In this document: positions 10,748 through 21,637 of the stretch, piece by piece
How the letters are laid out: each line of letters opens with the position of its first letter
Position numbering within the stretch: position 1 is the stretch's first letter
DNA from: an uncultured Lachnospiraceae bacterium
GTDB lineage: Bacteria; Bacillota; Clostridia; Lachnospirales; Lachnospiraceae
Direction: 5' to 3'
DNA length: 64,000 nt
Assembly: GCA_910577765.1 (NCBI GenBank)
Contig: CAJTOV010000005.1
Span: 203 to 64,202 of the forward strand
Notes under the pieces: model-generated
Seen by the model: the letters and a program-made list of their open reading frames with translations, nothing else
Databases searched by the model: none
Told to the model about the DNA's origin: nothing
Made by a program: the position numbers and the translations under genes

Positions 10748-11194
10748 ATGAGTTCCAAAACAAAAATCGTTGTCCTGCGAATGAAGGAAATCATCTATAC
10801 TGCTATCTTTCTAGGCCTCGGCATACTGCTTGTACTGCTTCTGTTCATTATGTTCCGCCCCAGCAAAGATGCCCCCGCAGCTTCTGACCAGGTCCTTTAC
10901 ACTCCTGGCGTCTACTCGGCTGCCATCCGGCTTGGCAGTCAGGAAGTCAATGTGGAAGTTGCTGTCGATACGGACCGGATCACCTCGGTCACCCTGGTGC
11001 CCCTCAGTGATTCCGTGGCCACCATGTACCCGCTGGTACAGCCTTCCTTCCAGAATCTGGCAGACCAGGTCTGTTCCCTTCAGTCTGTGGAAAATCTCAC
11101 CTACCCGGAAGAGAGCCGCTACACATCCCAGACCCTGATCCAGGCCATCCGGCAGGCTCTGGAGAAAGCGGCGCCGCCCCGGGAGCACAGGTGA
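10748..11194 (+). CDS. Conserved membrane-anchored hypothetical protein (single N-terminal TM; possibly FMN-binding-like fold)
   Basis: GGAGG RBS before ATG 10748 (MSSKTKIVVLRMKEIIYTAIFLGLGILLVLLLFIMF...). The ORF-track upstream extension overlaps the addB start. Confidence 0.75.
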   Translation: MSSKTKIVVLRMKEIIYTAIFLGLGILLVLLLFIMFRPSKDAPAASDQVLYTPGVYSAAIRLGSQEVNVEVAVDTDRITSVTLVPLSDSVATMYPLVQPSFQNLADQVCSLQSVENLTYPEESRYTSQTLIQAIRQALEKAAPPREHR

Positions 11195-11228
11195 GTACCA
11201 GCACCGTAAGGCTCCGCAATCCATACAT

Positions 11229-11271
11229 AAAAGGACATCCTGGCAGATCATGCCGGAGGATGTCCTTTTTT
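11229..11271. terminator. Bidirectional intrinsic terminator
   Basis: AAAAGGACATCC...GGATGTCCTTTT between convergent genes. Confidence 0.8.
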
Positions 11272-11321
11272 CTGTTTTTTACGGCCCCTTTGGCCTTCTC
11301 TGCGTTTTCTGCACCGGCAGG

Positions 11322-13304
11322 CTACTCCCCGCCGGCTCCATCCCCAGCGGCTTCTGCCCCGGCAGGCTTCTCCAGGCCGGCTCCATCCTCAATGGCTTCT
11401 GCGCCGGCAGGCTTCTCCCCATCACCAGAGTCCCCTGCTTTGGCTGCCTCCGGCTCCGGCAGACCCTTGCACTGGCGGAAGATCTTCATGAATTCCTTGC
11501 CGGTAATGGTTTCCTTCTCAATAAGGAACTCTGCGATCTTGTCCATCACGTCCCGGTTCTCGGAAAGGAGACGCTTTGCCTCGTCGTAGGCCTCCTTCAA
11601 GAACTTCATCACTTCCTCATCCACCTCGGCGGCTGTGGCGTCTCCGCAGTCCATGACCGTCTTACCGGTCAGGTACATATCCTGGCGGGAGGAAAGGGCC
11701 ATAAGGCCGAACTTGTCGGACATGCCGTACTGGGTCACCATGGACCTGGCCAGACGGGTGGCCCGCTCAATATCATTGGCCGCACCGGTGGTCACCGTGT
11801 CAAAGACCAGCTCCTCTGCCGCACGGCCTCCCAGAAAGCCTACCAGCATGGCTTTCAGCTCTTTTTTGCTGTTTAAATACTTTTCTTCCTCAGGCACCTG
11901 CATCACATACCCCAGGGCACCCATGGTCCTGGGGACAATGGTGATCTTCTGTACCGGCTCCGCATCCTTCTGTAAGGCGCTGACCAGGGCATGGCCCACC
12001 TCGTGGTAGGACACGATCCGCCGCTCCTCCTTGCTGAGCACCCGGTCCTTCTTCTCCTTACCCACCAGCACCACTTCCACGGACTCAAACAGATCCTTCT
12101 GGCTTACGGCGCTTCTTCCCCGCTTTACTGCCAGAATAGCCGCCTCGTTGATCATGTTGGCCAGATCGGAACCGGCGGCGCCGGAGGTGGCCAGGGCAAT
12201 GGCATCCAGGTCCACGGTCTCGTCCAGGGATACATTCTTGGCATGGACCTTGAGAATGTCCACACGGCCTTTTAAGTCCGGCTTCTCCACAATGATCCGC
12301 CGGTCAAAACGCCCCGGACGCAGAAGGGCCGGGTCTAAAACCTCGGGACGGTTGGTGGCTGCCAGTATCAGAAGCCCCTTGGAGGAATCGATTCCGTCCA
12401 TCTCGGAAAGAAGCTGGTTTAAAGTCTGCTGCTGCTCCGATTCCCCGCCGCCTCCGAAGTTGCTGCGGCTGCGTCCGATGGAATCAATCTCATCGATAAA
12501 AATTATGCAGGGAGAGGTCTGCTGGGCCTGCTTAAACAGATCCCGCACCCGGGATGCACCCACGCCCACATACATCTCCATAAAATCCGATCCGGACAGA
12601 AAGTAGAAGGGCACCTTGGCTTCCCCGGCCACGGCCTTGGCAAGCAGGGTCTTTCCTGTACCGGGAGGACCCACCAGCAGTGCGCCCTTAGGCAGCTTGG
12701 CGCCGATATGGGTGTATTTCCCGGGATTCTGGAGAAAATCCACCAGCTCCACCAGGGACTCCTTGGCTTCGTCCTCCCCGGCCACATCGGCAAAGGTGAC
12801 TCCGGTCTGCTTCTGCATGTACATCTTGGCCGTGCTCTTTCCTACGCCCATGATGCCGCCGCCCATACGCTTCATCATAAAGTTCATGAAAATGACGATG
12901 CACAAAAAGGGAACCAGAAAGCCGATGATCTGCTCCATCAGCACACTGGAATCCTGGCGCTCCCTGTGCCAGTCCACCCCATGCTCGGTGAGCCGGTCCA
13001 CCAGGCCGTAGTCGCCTTCCATACGGACCACGTAATATCCCACCATGGGATTCTTGCCTACCTCTTCCTTGTAAGTAAAATTGATCTCCGTATTCTTGAT
13101 GACTGCGGCATCCACATTGCCGTCATTGACCGCCTGGACGAACTCGTTGTAGCTGACTTCCTCCCGCTGGGCGCTGGTCAGCATATCCTTCATGGTGGTC
13201 ACTGCAAAAAATGTGATCAAAGCCGCAAACAGCAGAATGAAAATCTGGTTCTTTGGAATCTTATTATTGTTTCCATTCTCCTGCGGATGATTGTTGTTCT
13301 CCAT
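11322..13304 (-). CDS. ftsH: ATP-dependent zinc metalloprotease FtsH
   Basis: Two TM segments, GPPGTGKT, IFIDEID, LDPALLRPGRFDR, HEVGH. Confidence 0.97.
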   Translation of the reverse strand: MENNNHPQENGNNNKIPKNQIFILLFAALITFFAVTTMKDMLTSAQREEVSYNEFVQAVNDGNVDAAVIKNTEINFTYKEEVGKNPMVGYYVVRMEGDYGLVDRLTEHGVDWHRERQDSSVLMEQIIGFLVPFLCIVIFMNFMMKRMGGGIMGVGKSTAKMYMQKQTGVTFADVAGEDEAKESLVELVDFLQNPGKYTHIGAKLPKGALLVGPPGTGKTLLAKAVAGEAKVPFYFLSGSDFMEMYVGVGASRVRDLFKQAQQTSPCIIFIDEIDSIGRSRSNFGGGGESEQQQTLNQLLSEMDGIDSSKGLLILAATNRPEVLDPALLRPGRFDRRIIVEKPDLKGRVDILKVHAKNVSLDETVDLDAIALATSGAAGSDLANMINEAAILAVKRGRSAVSQKDLFESVEVVLVGKEKKDRVLSKEERRIVSYHEVGHALVSALQKDAEPVQKITIVPRTMGALGYVMQVPEEEKYLNSKKELKAMLVGFLGGRAAEELVFDTVTTGAANDIERATRLARSMVTQYGMSDKFGLMALSSRQDMYLTGKTVMDCGDATAAEVDEEVMKFLKEAYDEAKRLLSENRDVMDKIAEFLIEKETITGKEFMKIFRQCKGLPEPEAAKAGDSGDGEKPAGAEAIEDGAGLEKPAGAEAAGDGAGGE

Positions 13305-13390
13305 GTATCTCTCAGTCTCCTATTGTTCTTTTTAGGCTTTTGCGGCTGGTGCTCCATCCCCACTGGCCGGGAGGACGCACGCCACCTTAC

Positions 13391-13419
13391 ATTATAATGG
13401 CAATATGTGCAGAAATCAA
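13391..13419 (-). promoter_or_regulatory. Sigma-A promoter of ftsH
   Basis: TTGATT-17-TATAAT on the minus strand. Confidence 0.7.
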
Positions 13420-13470
13420 GGAAACAAAAACTTAATTTCATAAAGATTTCAAAAGATTTGCAAAAAAAGG

Positions 13471-13499
13471 TAGATTTTCCCCTTCTCCGGTTGTATAAT
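13471..13499 (+). promoter_or_regulatory. Sigma-A promoter of pyrG
   Basis: TAGATT-17-TATAAT. Confidence 0.65.
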
Positions 13500-13619
13500 A
13501 GGCAGATATTTTTAATATATCCGGAGCCGGTATGGCTCCCTATTGTCGGATGGACGGCGCATATCTATGCGTCGTCTGCGTTTTTATTACGGTATCCCAT
13601 TATGACAGGAGGTCTTTCT

Positions 13620-15233
13620 ATGTCCGTAAAGTATGTGTTCGTAACCGGCGGTGTCGTGTCCGGCCTGGGAAAAGGCATTACCGCAGCCTCCCTGGGCCGC
13701 CTATTAAAAGCCCGGGGCTACAAGGTCACCATGCAGAAATTTGATCCCTACATCAACATTGACCCGGGCACCATGAATCCGGTCCAGCACGGGGAGGTAT
13801 TTGTCACCGATGACGGGGCCGAGACGGATCTGGACCTGGGCCATTATGAACGGTTCATCGACGAAAACCTTACAAAGAATTCCAATGTAACTGCCGGAAA
13901 GGTCTACTGGAGTGTCCTGCAGAAGGAGCGGCGGGGGGACTTCGGCGGCGGCACGGTCCAGGTGATTCCCCACATTACCAATGAGATCAAGAGCCGTTTT
14001 CACCGAAACTACAACACGGAGGAAACGGAAATCGCCATCATCGAGGTAGGGGGCACCGTGGGGGATATTGAGAGCCAGCCCTTTCTGGAGGCCATCCGCC
14101 AGTTCCAGCATGAGGTGGGCCACGACAATGCCATTCTGATCCATGTGACCCTGATCCCTTACCTGAGGGCCTCCGGGGAGCTGAAAACCAAGCCCACCCA
14201 GGCCAGCGTCAAGGATCTCCAGGCCATGGGCCTCTGGCCGGATATTCTGGTATGCCGCAGCGAATATCCTTTAGATGACAGCATCCGCTCCAAGATTGCC
14301 CTGTTCTGCAATGTACCAGAAAGCCATGTGCTCCAGAACCTGGACGTGGAGGTTCTCTACGAGGCTCCCCTGGCCATGGAGCAGGAGCACCTGGCCCAGG
14401 CAGCCTGCCAGTGTCTCCGGCTGGAATGCCCGGAACCGGATCTGGCTGACTGGCGTGCCATGATTGATGCCTGGAAGCATCCCCGGCAGGAAGTGACCGT
14501 GGCCCTGGTAGGCAAATACACCCAGCTCCACGATGCCTACATCTCCGTGGTGGAGGCCTTAAAGCACGCGGGGGTGGCCCACCGGGCCCGGGTCCGGATC
14601 CGCTGGGTGGACTCGGAGACCGTGACCCCGGAAAACGCCCAACAGCTTCTGGGCGGTGTCCAGGGTGTGCTGGTTCCCGGCGGCTTCGGTGACCGGGGTA
14701 TTGACGGCAAGATCCACGCCATCCGCTGTGCCAGGGAACAGGGACTTCCCTTCCTGGGACTGTGTCTTGGCATGCAGCTTGCCGTTGTGGAATTTGCCAG
14801 AAATGTTGCAGGTTTCCAGGATGCCCACAGCGTGGAACTAAATCCCCAGACTCCCCACCCGGTGATCCACCTGATGCCGGACCAGAACCATGTGGAGGAC
14901 TTAGGGGGAACCCTGCGCCTGGGTGCCTACCCCTGCATACTGTCCAGAGACTCCCTGGCCTTTCAGCTTTACGGCCAGGAGACCATCAGCGAGCGCCACC
15001 GCCACCGCTATGAGGTCAACAACGACTACCGGAAAGCCCTGACAGAGCAGGGCCTTCTGCTGTCAGGCCTTTCCCCGGACGGGCGGATCGTGGAGATGGT
15101 GGAGCTTTTGGACCACCCCTGGTTCGTGGCCACCCAGGCCCACCCGGAATTAAAATCCAGACCTAACCGGCCCCATCCGCTGTTTGTGGGGTTTGTGGGG
15201 GCGGCGCTGAAACGGCAGGGGCAAAACCACTGA
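13620..15233 (+). CDS. pyrG: CTP synthase
   Basis: AGGAGG RBS then [39 protein letters not shown]. Confidence 0.98.
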   Translation: MSVKYVFVTGGVVSGLGKGITAASLGRLLKARGYKVTMQKFDPYINIDPGTMNPVQHGEVFVTDDGAETDLDLGHYERFIDENLTKNSNVTAGKVYWSVLQKERRGDFGGGTVQVIPHITNEIKSRFHRNYNTEETEIAIIEVGGTVGDIESQPFLEAIRQFQHEVGHDNAILIHVTLIPYLRASGELKTKPTQASVKDLQAMGLWPDILVCRSEYPLDDSIRSKIALFCNVPESHVLQNLDVEVLYEAPLAMEQEHLAQAACQCLRLECPEPDLADWRAMIDAWKHPRQEVTVALVGKYTQLHDAYISVVEALKHAGVAHRARVRIRWVDSETVTPENAQQLLGGVQGVLVPGGFGDRGIDGKIHAIRCAREQGLPFLGLCLGMQLAVVEFARNVAGFQDAHSVELNPQTPHPVIHLMPDQNHVEDLGGTLRLGAYPCILSRDSLAFQLYGQETISERHRHRYEVNNDYRKALTEQGLLLSGLSPDGRIVEMVELLDHPWFVATQAHPELKSRPNRPHPLFVGFVGAALKRQGQNH

Positions 15234-15257
15234 CCGCCGTGGGCCCCCCCCGGTAAG

Positions 15258-15298
15258 TGCAGAGTCACTAACCATTTGCTGGTGACTCTGCATTTTTT
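15258..15298 (+). terminator. pyrG terminator
   Basis: TGCAGAGTCAC...GTGACTCTGCA followed by TTTTTT. Confidence 0.85.
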
Positions 15299-15432
15299 CT
15301 GCTTTATCACAAGAGTGACCCGATAGTACAAACCAGGAATCAAAATATGGATTTTTGTACAATTGCAAAAAAAAATTATTTTTGGGAAAATAAAATTCAT
15401 CAATATATACAAAAACTACGAAAGGAAGGATC

Positions 15433-16614
15433 ATGATGAAAAACACATGGAAACGGTTTCTGGTCCTGGGGATGGCCGCGGCCATGGCCCTGGGCATGAC
15501 TGGCTGCGGAAACAGCAAAAAGAATGAGGACACCATTATTCTGGGCTATATCGGCCCCCTGACAGGGGAGTCTGCCATCTGGGGCCAGGTAGAATCCAAC
15601 ACGGTCCAGATGCTGGTGGATGAAACCAACAGCAAGGGGGGAATCCTGGGCAAGCAGGTGGAGCTTAAGATTTATGACAACCGGGGCGACGCGGTGGAGA
15701 CCACCAACGCGGCCCGGAAGGCCTTACAGAATGACGGGGTAATCGCCTTTATCGGGCCGGATTCTTCCTCCTGCGCCATTGCTCTTGATGAGGTGTGCGG
15801 GGAATACAAGGTTCCCCATATTACCACAACCGGAACCAACTATAAGGTAACCCAGAGGGAGGAAGACGGGTCTGTACGTCCCTATGCGTTCCGCATCTGC
15901 CTGTCAGATCCCCAGCTTGGCGATATTATGGGCGGCTACGCCTTTGACAAGCTGGGCTACAAGAAAATCGCCATTCTCTATGAGATCAGCAGTGAGTACT
16001 CCTTAGGAATTACCCAGAATTTTACGGAAGCATTCGAATCCAAAGGCGGCCAGATCGTCATTGCCGAGGCCTATAAGACAGGTGATGTGGACTTCAGGGC
16101 CCAGCTTTCCAAGATTAAAGAAAACGGGGATTTTGATGCATTAATGATTCCGGCCAACTACAAGGAAGTAGGACTGATCGCCAAGCAGGCCAGAAGCTTA
16201 GGGATTGAAGCCCCGTTTCTGGGTGTGGATGCATGGATGATGCAGGATCTGTTTGAGATTGCCCAGGAAGAAGTCCAGGGAGCCGTGTTCCCCTGCGCCA
16301 TGGACACCAACAGCCCGGATTTGCAGGAGTTTAAGGCAGCCTTCCAAAAGAGATGGGACATGGACCCGGACAAGGCGGGAACCGACGCCTACCTTGCCTA
16401 TGACTGCTATGAACTGATCCGGTATGCCATAGAGAAGGCAGGCTCTGCCGATCCGGAAAAGATCCGGGATGAAATGGAGAAGGCCAAGGATGTCCCGTGT
16501 CTGACCAGTGTAATCTCCATCAACCCGGAAACCCACAATCCCATACGTACCGCATCCATTTTCAAAATTGAGGGCGACAAATTCGTGAATCTGGATCAGT
16601 ACCGCTTTGAATAA
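15433..16614 (+). CDS. Branched-chain amino acid-type (LivJ/K) ABC substrate-binding lipoprotein
   Basis: Lipobox GMTGC; GPLTGE, GGILGKQVEL and DFRAQLSKIK features. Confidence 0.92.
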   Translation: MMKNTWKRFLVLGMAAAMALGMTGCGNSKKNEDTIILGYIGPLTGESAIWGQVESNTVQMLVDETNSKGGILGKQVELKIYDNRGDAVETTNAARKALQNDGVIAFIGPDSSSCAIALDEVCGEYKVPHITTTGTNYKVTQREEDGSVRPYAFRICLSDPQLGDIMGGYAFDKLGYKKIAILYEISSEYSLGITQNFTEAFESKGGQIVIAEAYKTGDVDFRAQLSKIKENGDFDALMIPANYKEVGLIAKQARSLGIEAPFLGVDAWMMQDLFEIAQEEVQGAVFPCAMDTNSPDLQEFKAAFQKRWDMDPDKAGTDAYLAYDCYELIRYAIEKAGSADPEKIRDEMEKAKDVPCLTSVISINPETHNPIRTASIFKIEGDKFVNLDQYRFE

Positions 16615-16640
16615 ACCATGGTGCGGAGGGGGGATTATTT

Positions 16641-17516
16641 GTGTTCTTTCAACAGTTAGTCAATGGGCTGTCCATCGGCAGCATCTATGCCCTGATGGCG
16701 GTTGGTTACTCCTTAATATACAGTCTTCTGAACTTTACCAACTTTGCCCACAGCATCACGGTTACCATCGGTGCCTTTAGTGCTTTCTTTTTCTTAAGCA
16801 GTATTGTACAGAATTTATATCTGGGAATATTGATTGCGGTGCTGGCGGCAGGAGGGCTTGCCGTGGTTATTGAACTTTTGGGCTACCGCCCTCTTCTGCA
16901 GAAGAAAGCCCGCCGGATCTATCTGCTGATTACGGGCCTGGGAATCTCCACCATGTGCGAGAACCTGGTCATTATCAGCTTTTCCAGCCGGTTCCGGGTC
17001 TATCCGGTGAATTTCTCCAGCCAGTCCATCCAGATTCTGGGAGCCAGCATCGGGCAGATTGACCTGATTATATTCATTGTCAGTATGCTGGCCCTGATAG
17101 GGGTGGAACTTTTCATCCGCAAATCCAGGGCAGGCCTGGCGATCCGGGGAGCCTCCTTTGACTTAGACGCCACTTCCATTATGGGGGTCAATGTGCAGAA
17201 ACTGATTCTCATCGTATTTATGATTGCAGGGTCTCTGGCAGGACTGGCAGGCGCCCTTCTGGGAGCCAAATATACCGCCTTTCCCACCCTTGGCACAGCC
17301 ATGACCAACAAGGCCTTTATCAGTTCTGTGTTCGGCGGTCTGGGAAGCATACCAGGAGCGGTACTGGGAGCGGTTCTTCTTGGAATCGGCGAAACCATGA
17401 TCGCAAGCTATCTGTCCTCTTCCATGCGGGATATTTTCGCATACCTGCTGCTTGTGATCGTATTATTTGTACGTCCCTCTGGCCTTATGGGTAAGGCTAC
17501 GGAAGATAAGGCATAG
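16641..17516 (+). CDS. LivH-type ABC permease
   Basis: QQLVNGLSIGSIYAL...NFAH, GGLGSIPGA, RPSGLMG. Confidence 0.93.
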   Translation: MFFQQLVNGLSIGSIYALMAVGYSLIYSLLNFTNFAHSITVTIGAFSAFFFLSSIVQNLYLGILIAVLAAGGLAVVIELLGYRPLLQKKARRIYLLITGLGISTMCENLVIISFSSRFRVYPVNFSSQSIQILGASIGQIDLIIFIVSMLALIGVELFIRKSRAGLAIRGASFDLDATSIMGVNVQKLILIVFMIAGSLAGLAGALLGAKYTAFPTLGTAMTNKAFISSVFGGLGSIPGAVLGAVLLGIGETMIASYLSSSMRDIFAYLLLVIVLFVRPSGLMGKATEDKA

Positions 17517-17529
17517 GGAGGAATGGAAG

Positions 17530-18405
17530 ATGAATTACTGGATCGGAGTTGCCACTTTAACAGGCATATACATGATTGCAATCTTAGGCGTTTCCATTCT
17601 TACGGGCTTTACCGGCCTCTTTTCCATGGGACATGCAGGATTCATGGCCATCGGGGCCTATACCTCGGCCCTGCTCACAAAGACCTTTCATCTGCCCATA
17701 CTGGCGGGGGTGATGGCAGGCATGGTGACGGCCTTTGGCGTCGGTATCCTCATCGGCTATCCTACTTTGAAGCTGAAAGGCGACTATTTTGTCATTGCCA
17801 CTCTGGGAATCGGCGAGGTGACCAAGCTTCTCATTGAGAACCTTCCCAATCTTACCGGCGGAGCCAGGGGCCTTACGGATGTTCCCAGAGGAACCACCTT
17901 TCCCATGGTGCTTGTATTTATCGTCATTATTGTCTGGGGGCTGCACAACTTTCTGCGCTCCAAGCAGGGGCGCAACTGTATTGCGGTACGGGAAGAAGAG
18001 CTGGCAACCGCTTCCATCGGCGCCAATGTGGCCGGTTATAAGCTGCTGGCAATGGGAATCAGTTGTGCCCTGTGCGGGATTTCCGGCGCACTGCTGGCCC
18101 ACTATATGCACTATTTAACCCCGTCCATGTTCAACATGATCAAATCCGACGAGCTGGTCATGACGGTGATCTTAGGCGGATGCGGAAGTCTTACCGGAAC
18201 CATCATCGCTTCCCTGATCCTGGTGCCGCTTCCCGAGGTGCTGCGGTTTGGTTCTGTCCAGGAATGGAGAATGGTATTTTACGGACTTCTGGTGGTTCTG
18301 GTGATTATCTTCAAACCATCGGGACTCATGGGAACCAAAGAATTCAGCATCCGGGGAATGAAGAATTTCTGTCGGAAAATTGCGGAACGGGGAAAGGAGA
18401 GGTAG
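17530..18405 (+). CDS. LivM-type ABC permease
   Basis: GFTGLFSMGHAGF, LKGDYFVIATLG. Start placed at ATG 17530 after GGAGG. Confidence 0.92.
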   Translation: MNYWIGVATLTGIYMIAILGVSILTGFTGLFSMGHAGFMAIGAYTSALLTKTFHLPILAGVMAGMVTAFGVGILIGYPTLKLKGDYFVIATLGIGEVTKLLIENLPNLTGGARGLTDVPRGTTFPMVLVFIVIIVWGLHNFLRSKQGRNCIAVREEELATASIGANVAGYKLLAMGISCALCGISGALLAHYMHYLTPSMFNMIKSDELVMTVILGGCGSLTGTIIASLILVPLPEVLRFGSVQEWRMVFYGLLVVLVIIFKPSGLMGTKEFSIRGMKNFCRKIAERGKER

Positions 18406-18408
18406 CTT

Positions 18409-19185
18409 ATGGAGGGACAGGAAATCATACTGAAGCTGGAACATGTAGTGAAACGCTTCGGCGGAATCGCTGCATCCAATGACATCAATATTGACGTTCC
18501 CAGGGGCAGTATTTACGGAATTATCGGCCCCAACGGTGCAGGCAAGACAACCCTGTTCAACATGATTACCGGTGTCTACGATACCACAGAGGGCCGGATC
18601 CTTTTTAACAGCGAGAAAATCAACGGCCTTCCCACCCATGTGATCGCAAATAAAGGGATCGCCAGAACCTTCCAGAATATCCGTCTGTTCGGGGATTTAA
18701 GCGTCTACAGCAACCTGCTTACCGCCTGCCAGAAAAACATTACTTACAGCCTGCTGGACGGAGTTCTGCGTACCAGAAAGTGCCGCAGCCAGGAGCTGGA
18801 AATGGAAGCCTTCTGCATGGAACTCCTTGATGAGGCAGGGCTGGCAGATGTGAAGGACCAGAAGGCCAGCAACCTTCCCTATGGCATGCAGCGCCGGCTG
18901 GAAATCGCCAGGGCCCTGGCAACCAGGCCCAAACTGATCCTTCTGGATGAACCGGCTGCCGGTATGAATGAAGAAGAATCCGACCGGCTTTCCCGTTTTA
19001 TACGCGGGATCCGGGACAGAAAAAAGATTACGGTAGTAATCATCGATCATCATATGGATGTAATCATGGCCATCTGCGACCAGATTACCGTATTGAATTT
19101 CGGAACCCTTCTGGCGGCGGGAAGTCCTGATGAAATTCAATCCAATCCGGAAGTGATTTCTGCGTATCTGGGGGTGGATGAATGA
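18409..19185 (+). CDS. LivG-type ABC ATPase
   Basis: GPNGAGKTT, LPYGMQRRLEIARAL, LDEPAAG. Confidence 0.95.
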   Translation: MEGQEIILKLEHVVKRFGGIAASNDINIDVPRGSIYGIIGPNGAGKTTLFNMITGVYDTTEGRILFNSEKINGLPTHVIANKGIARTFQNIRLFGDLSVYSNLLTACQKNITYSLLDGVLRTRKCRSQELEMEAFCMELLDEAGLADVKDQKASNLPYGMQRRLEIARALATRPKLILLDEPAAGMNEEESDRLSRFIRGIRDRKKITVVIIDHHMDVIMAICDQITVLNFGTLLAAGSPDEIQSNPEVISAYLGVDE

Positions 19186-19889
19186 TGTTAAAAGTAGAAA
19201 ATTTAAGCTTTTCCTATGGTAAGATTCAGGCAATCCGCGATGTAAGCTTTACCCTGGAGAAGGGCACGATTATGTCCATTGTAGGGGCCAACGGAGCAGG
19301 AAAATCCTCCCTGATGAAGTGTATCGCAGGGTTATTAAAACCCGCCCGAGGCACCATCTCCTATCACGGCACCCGGCTGGAGCCGGCTCCCTACAAGGTG
19401 GTGGAACAAGGGATCTGCCTGGTACCGGAGGGGCGCTGGATCTTCCCCAACCTGACCGTGGAGGAGAACCTTCTTCTGGGCGGCTACACCAACAGACACA
19501 GAGAAACATCCGTAAAACGGGCCTATGAGATGTTTCCCAGGCTGGATGAGCGGAAAAAGCAGCGTGCAGGCACCATGTCAGGAGGGGAACAGCAGATGCT
19601 GGCCATTGCCAGAGGTCTCATGTCCAACCCCCAGGTGATTCTGTTAGATGAGCCTTCCCTGGGCCTGGCCCCCCTGATTGTAAATGATATTATGTCCATA
19701 ATCCAGAACATTAACCGGGAAGGAATCTCGGTGCTTCTGGTAGAGCAGAACGCCAGAAAGGCATTGTCCATCGCCCACCAGGCCTGCGTACTGGAGCAGG
19801 GCCGGATTGTAAAAAGCGGCACAGGAGCAGAGCTGGCAGCCGATGAGAGCATTGTTGCATCTTATCTGGGAAAGTCAGGCCGAAAGTAA
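19182..19889 (+). CDS. LivF-type ABC ATPase
   Basis: GANGAGKS, SGGEQQMLA, LDEPSLGLAP. Confidence 0.95.
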   Translation: MMLKVENLSFSYGKIQAIRDVSFTLEKGTIMSIVGANGAGKSSLMKCIAGLLKPARGTISYHGTRLEPAPYKVVEQGICLVPEGRWIFPNLTVEENLLLGGYTNRHRETSVKRAYEMFPRLDERKKQRAGTMSGGEQQMLAIARGLMSNPQVILLDEPSLGLAPLIVNDIMSIIQNINREGISVLLVEQNARKALSIAHQACVLEQGRIVKSGTGAELAADESIVASYLGKSGRK

Positions 19890-19975
19890 CAGGCGGTCCG
19901 CCCATATTTTATGGGGACTGCCGGCAAAACCCGGGACAGGCCGGGATTAAACCTGTCAGAAAAGAGGAAAGAGAC

Positions 19976-20752
19976 GTGGAAGAAAGAATTGAGAAAGCAA
20001 CCTTTGATTATTTCCGGCTGAAAGGCCAGTCCGCGGTTGTAACCGGTTCCGGCAACGGAATCGGCCGTGCTGCGGCCATCATGCTGGCAGACTTAGGCGC
20101 CAGGGTCATGGTATGCGATATTGAGGCGGACAGCGCCTGCCGGGTGGCCCGGGAAATAACGGCAAGAGGCGGGGAGGCTGTCTGGAACAGGTGTGACGTA
20201 ACCAGTCTGGACCAGATCAGAGATACGGTGCGAAAGACCGCAGAGGCATTTGGAACCATTGATATTCTGGTGAACAATGCGGCCGGGTTCGGTGGTGGGA
20301 AGACTTTTGACAAAATGACTTATGAAGAGTGGGACCGCCTGATCCGGATCAATCTCACCGGCACTTATATGTTCACCAATGAGGTGCTTCCCTTTATGAT
20401 CGAAAAACAGCACGGAAAGATCTGTATGGTCAGCTCCGGAGCCGCTTTGGGCTATGATTTTTCAGACCCCCACTATGCGGCCTCCAAGGCCGGCATGATC
20501 GGCCTGGCCAAAGAGCTGGCCCAGGAGCTGGCCAGACACAGAATTAATGTGAATGTGCTGGGCACAGGGCTTACGGACACCCGCATGGCCCACCTGCCGG
20601 GACGCTCCTGGGAGGATGAGACCAGAGGGCTTCCCTGGTACCGGGTGGGAACGCCCCAGGACCAGGCATCTGCCATTGTGTTTCTGGTGTCGGAAGCAGC
20701 CGAATATATTACCGGGCAGGTGCTCTGTCCCAACGGCGGCGCGTGGATGTAG
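19976..20752 (+). CDS. Short-chain dehydrogenase/reductase (FabG-like)
   Basis: TGSGNGIG, NNAA, YAASK. Confidence 0.93.
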   Translation: MEERIEKATFDYFRLKGQSAVVTGSGNGIGRAAAIMLADLGARVMVCDIEADSACRVAREITARGGEAVWNRCDVTSLDQIRDTVRKTAEAFGTIDILVNNAAGFGGGKTFDKMTYEEWDRLIRINLTGTYMFTNEVLPFMIEKQHGKICMVSSGAALGYDFSDPHYAASKAGMIGLAKELAQELARHRINVNVLGTGLTDTRMAHLPGRSWEDETRGLPWYRVGTPQDQASAIVFLVSEAAEYITGQVLCPNGGAWM

Positions 20753-20782
20753 CCATACAGGCAGGAAAAGGAGTGACAGACT

Positions 20783-21637
20783 ATGATATGGCCAAACAAA
20801 GCAAAAACGGCTTTTGCCCTTGGATTTGACATGGACGGGGAGACCATCTGGCTTAACAAAACAAAAGGGCTTCCCGGCGGGGATACTTATCTGAAAGGCC
20901 CCTCCATCGGCCGGTACGGCACGAAAAAGGGAGCTTTGCGTGTACTGGATATTCTGGAGGAATACGGTTTAAAATCAACCTGGTTTATCCCTGCCAATAT
21001 AGTGGCCAGGTACAGTGACGTGGTGGAGAAAATTCTGGACAAAGGCCATGAGATCGGCCACCACGGCCTGGACCATACCGGAGAGTACGGACATACCTTT
21101 GAGGAACAGAAAACGCGTATCCAGCTATGTCAGGACATCTTTGTGAAATATACCGGAAAAAGGGCCCTGGGCTTTCGGCCCACTGGCTACCTGCTTCCGG
21201 AGACAGAAAGGTGGATCTATGGGGAAGGCGGCTTTGTCTACTCCAGCGCAGGGATCAGCGGGGAAGCCTGCGGATGGTATGAAGTAGAGGGACAGCCGAC
21301 CAGTGCCGTGAATATTCCCTGCCGGGATGAACAGATGGACGATTATGTCCAGACCGTGTTTCATTCCTGGCCTGCGGTCCTTGTGGGGCTTCCCCGGATC
21401 GCCCGGTACGACAATGCCCTGGACAACTGGATTCATGAGACAGAGGGCATGGTGCGCTTTGGCAACTCAGGCTCCAGCGCCTTCCATCCCCAGATTGCCG
21501 GGACTCCGGGAAGGGCCATGGTATTTGACCGGTTCTGCCGGTATCTGGCTGGAAACCCGGATGTGTGGTGCGCCTCCTGTCTGGAGATCGCAGAATATTA
21601 CAAAGGGGTAATGGAGGGAAAAAAGCATGTTCATTGA
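20783..21637 (+). CDS. Polysaccharide deacetylase/CE4 (PuuE/PgdA-like) amidohydrolase
   Basis: WP...FDMDGE, STWFIP, HEIGHHG, GFRP, FHPQ. Confidence 0.88.
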   Translation: MIWPNKAKTAFALGFDMDGETIWLNKTKGLPGGDTYLKGPSIGRYGTKKGALRVLDILEEYGLKSTWFIPANIVARYSDVVEKILDKGHEIGHHGLDHTGEYGHTFEEQKTRIQLCQDIFVKYTGKRALGFRPTGYLLPETERWIYGEGGFVYSSAGISGEACGWYEVEGQPTSAVNIPCRDEQMDDYVQTVFHSWPAVLVGLPRIARYDNALDNWIHETEGMVRFGNSGSSAFHPQIAGTPGRAMVFDRFCRYLAGNPDVWCASCLEIAEYYKGVMEGKKHVH

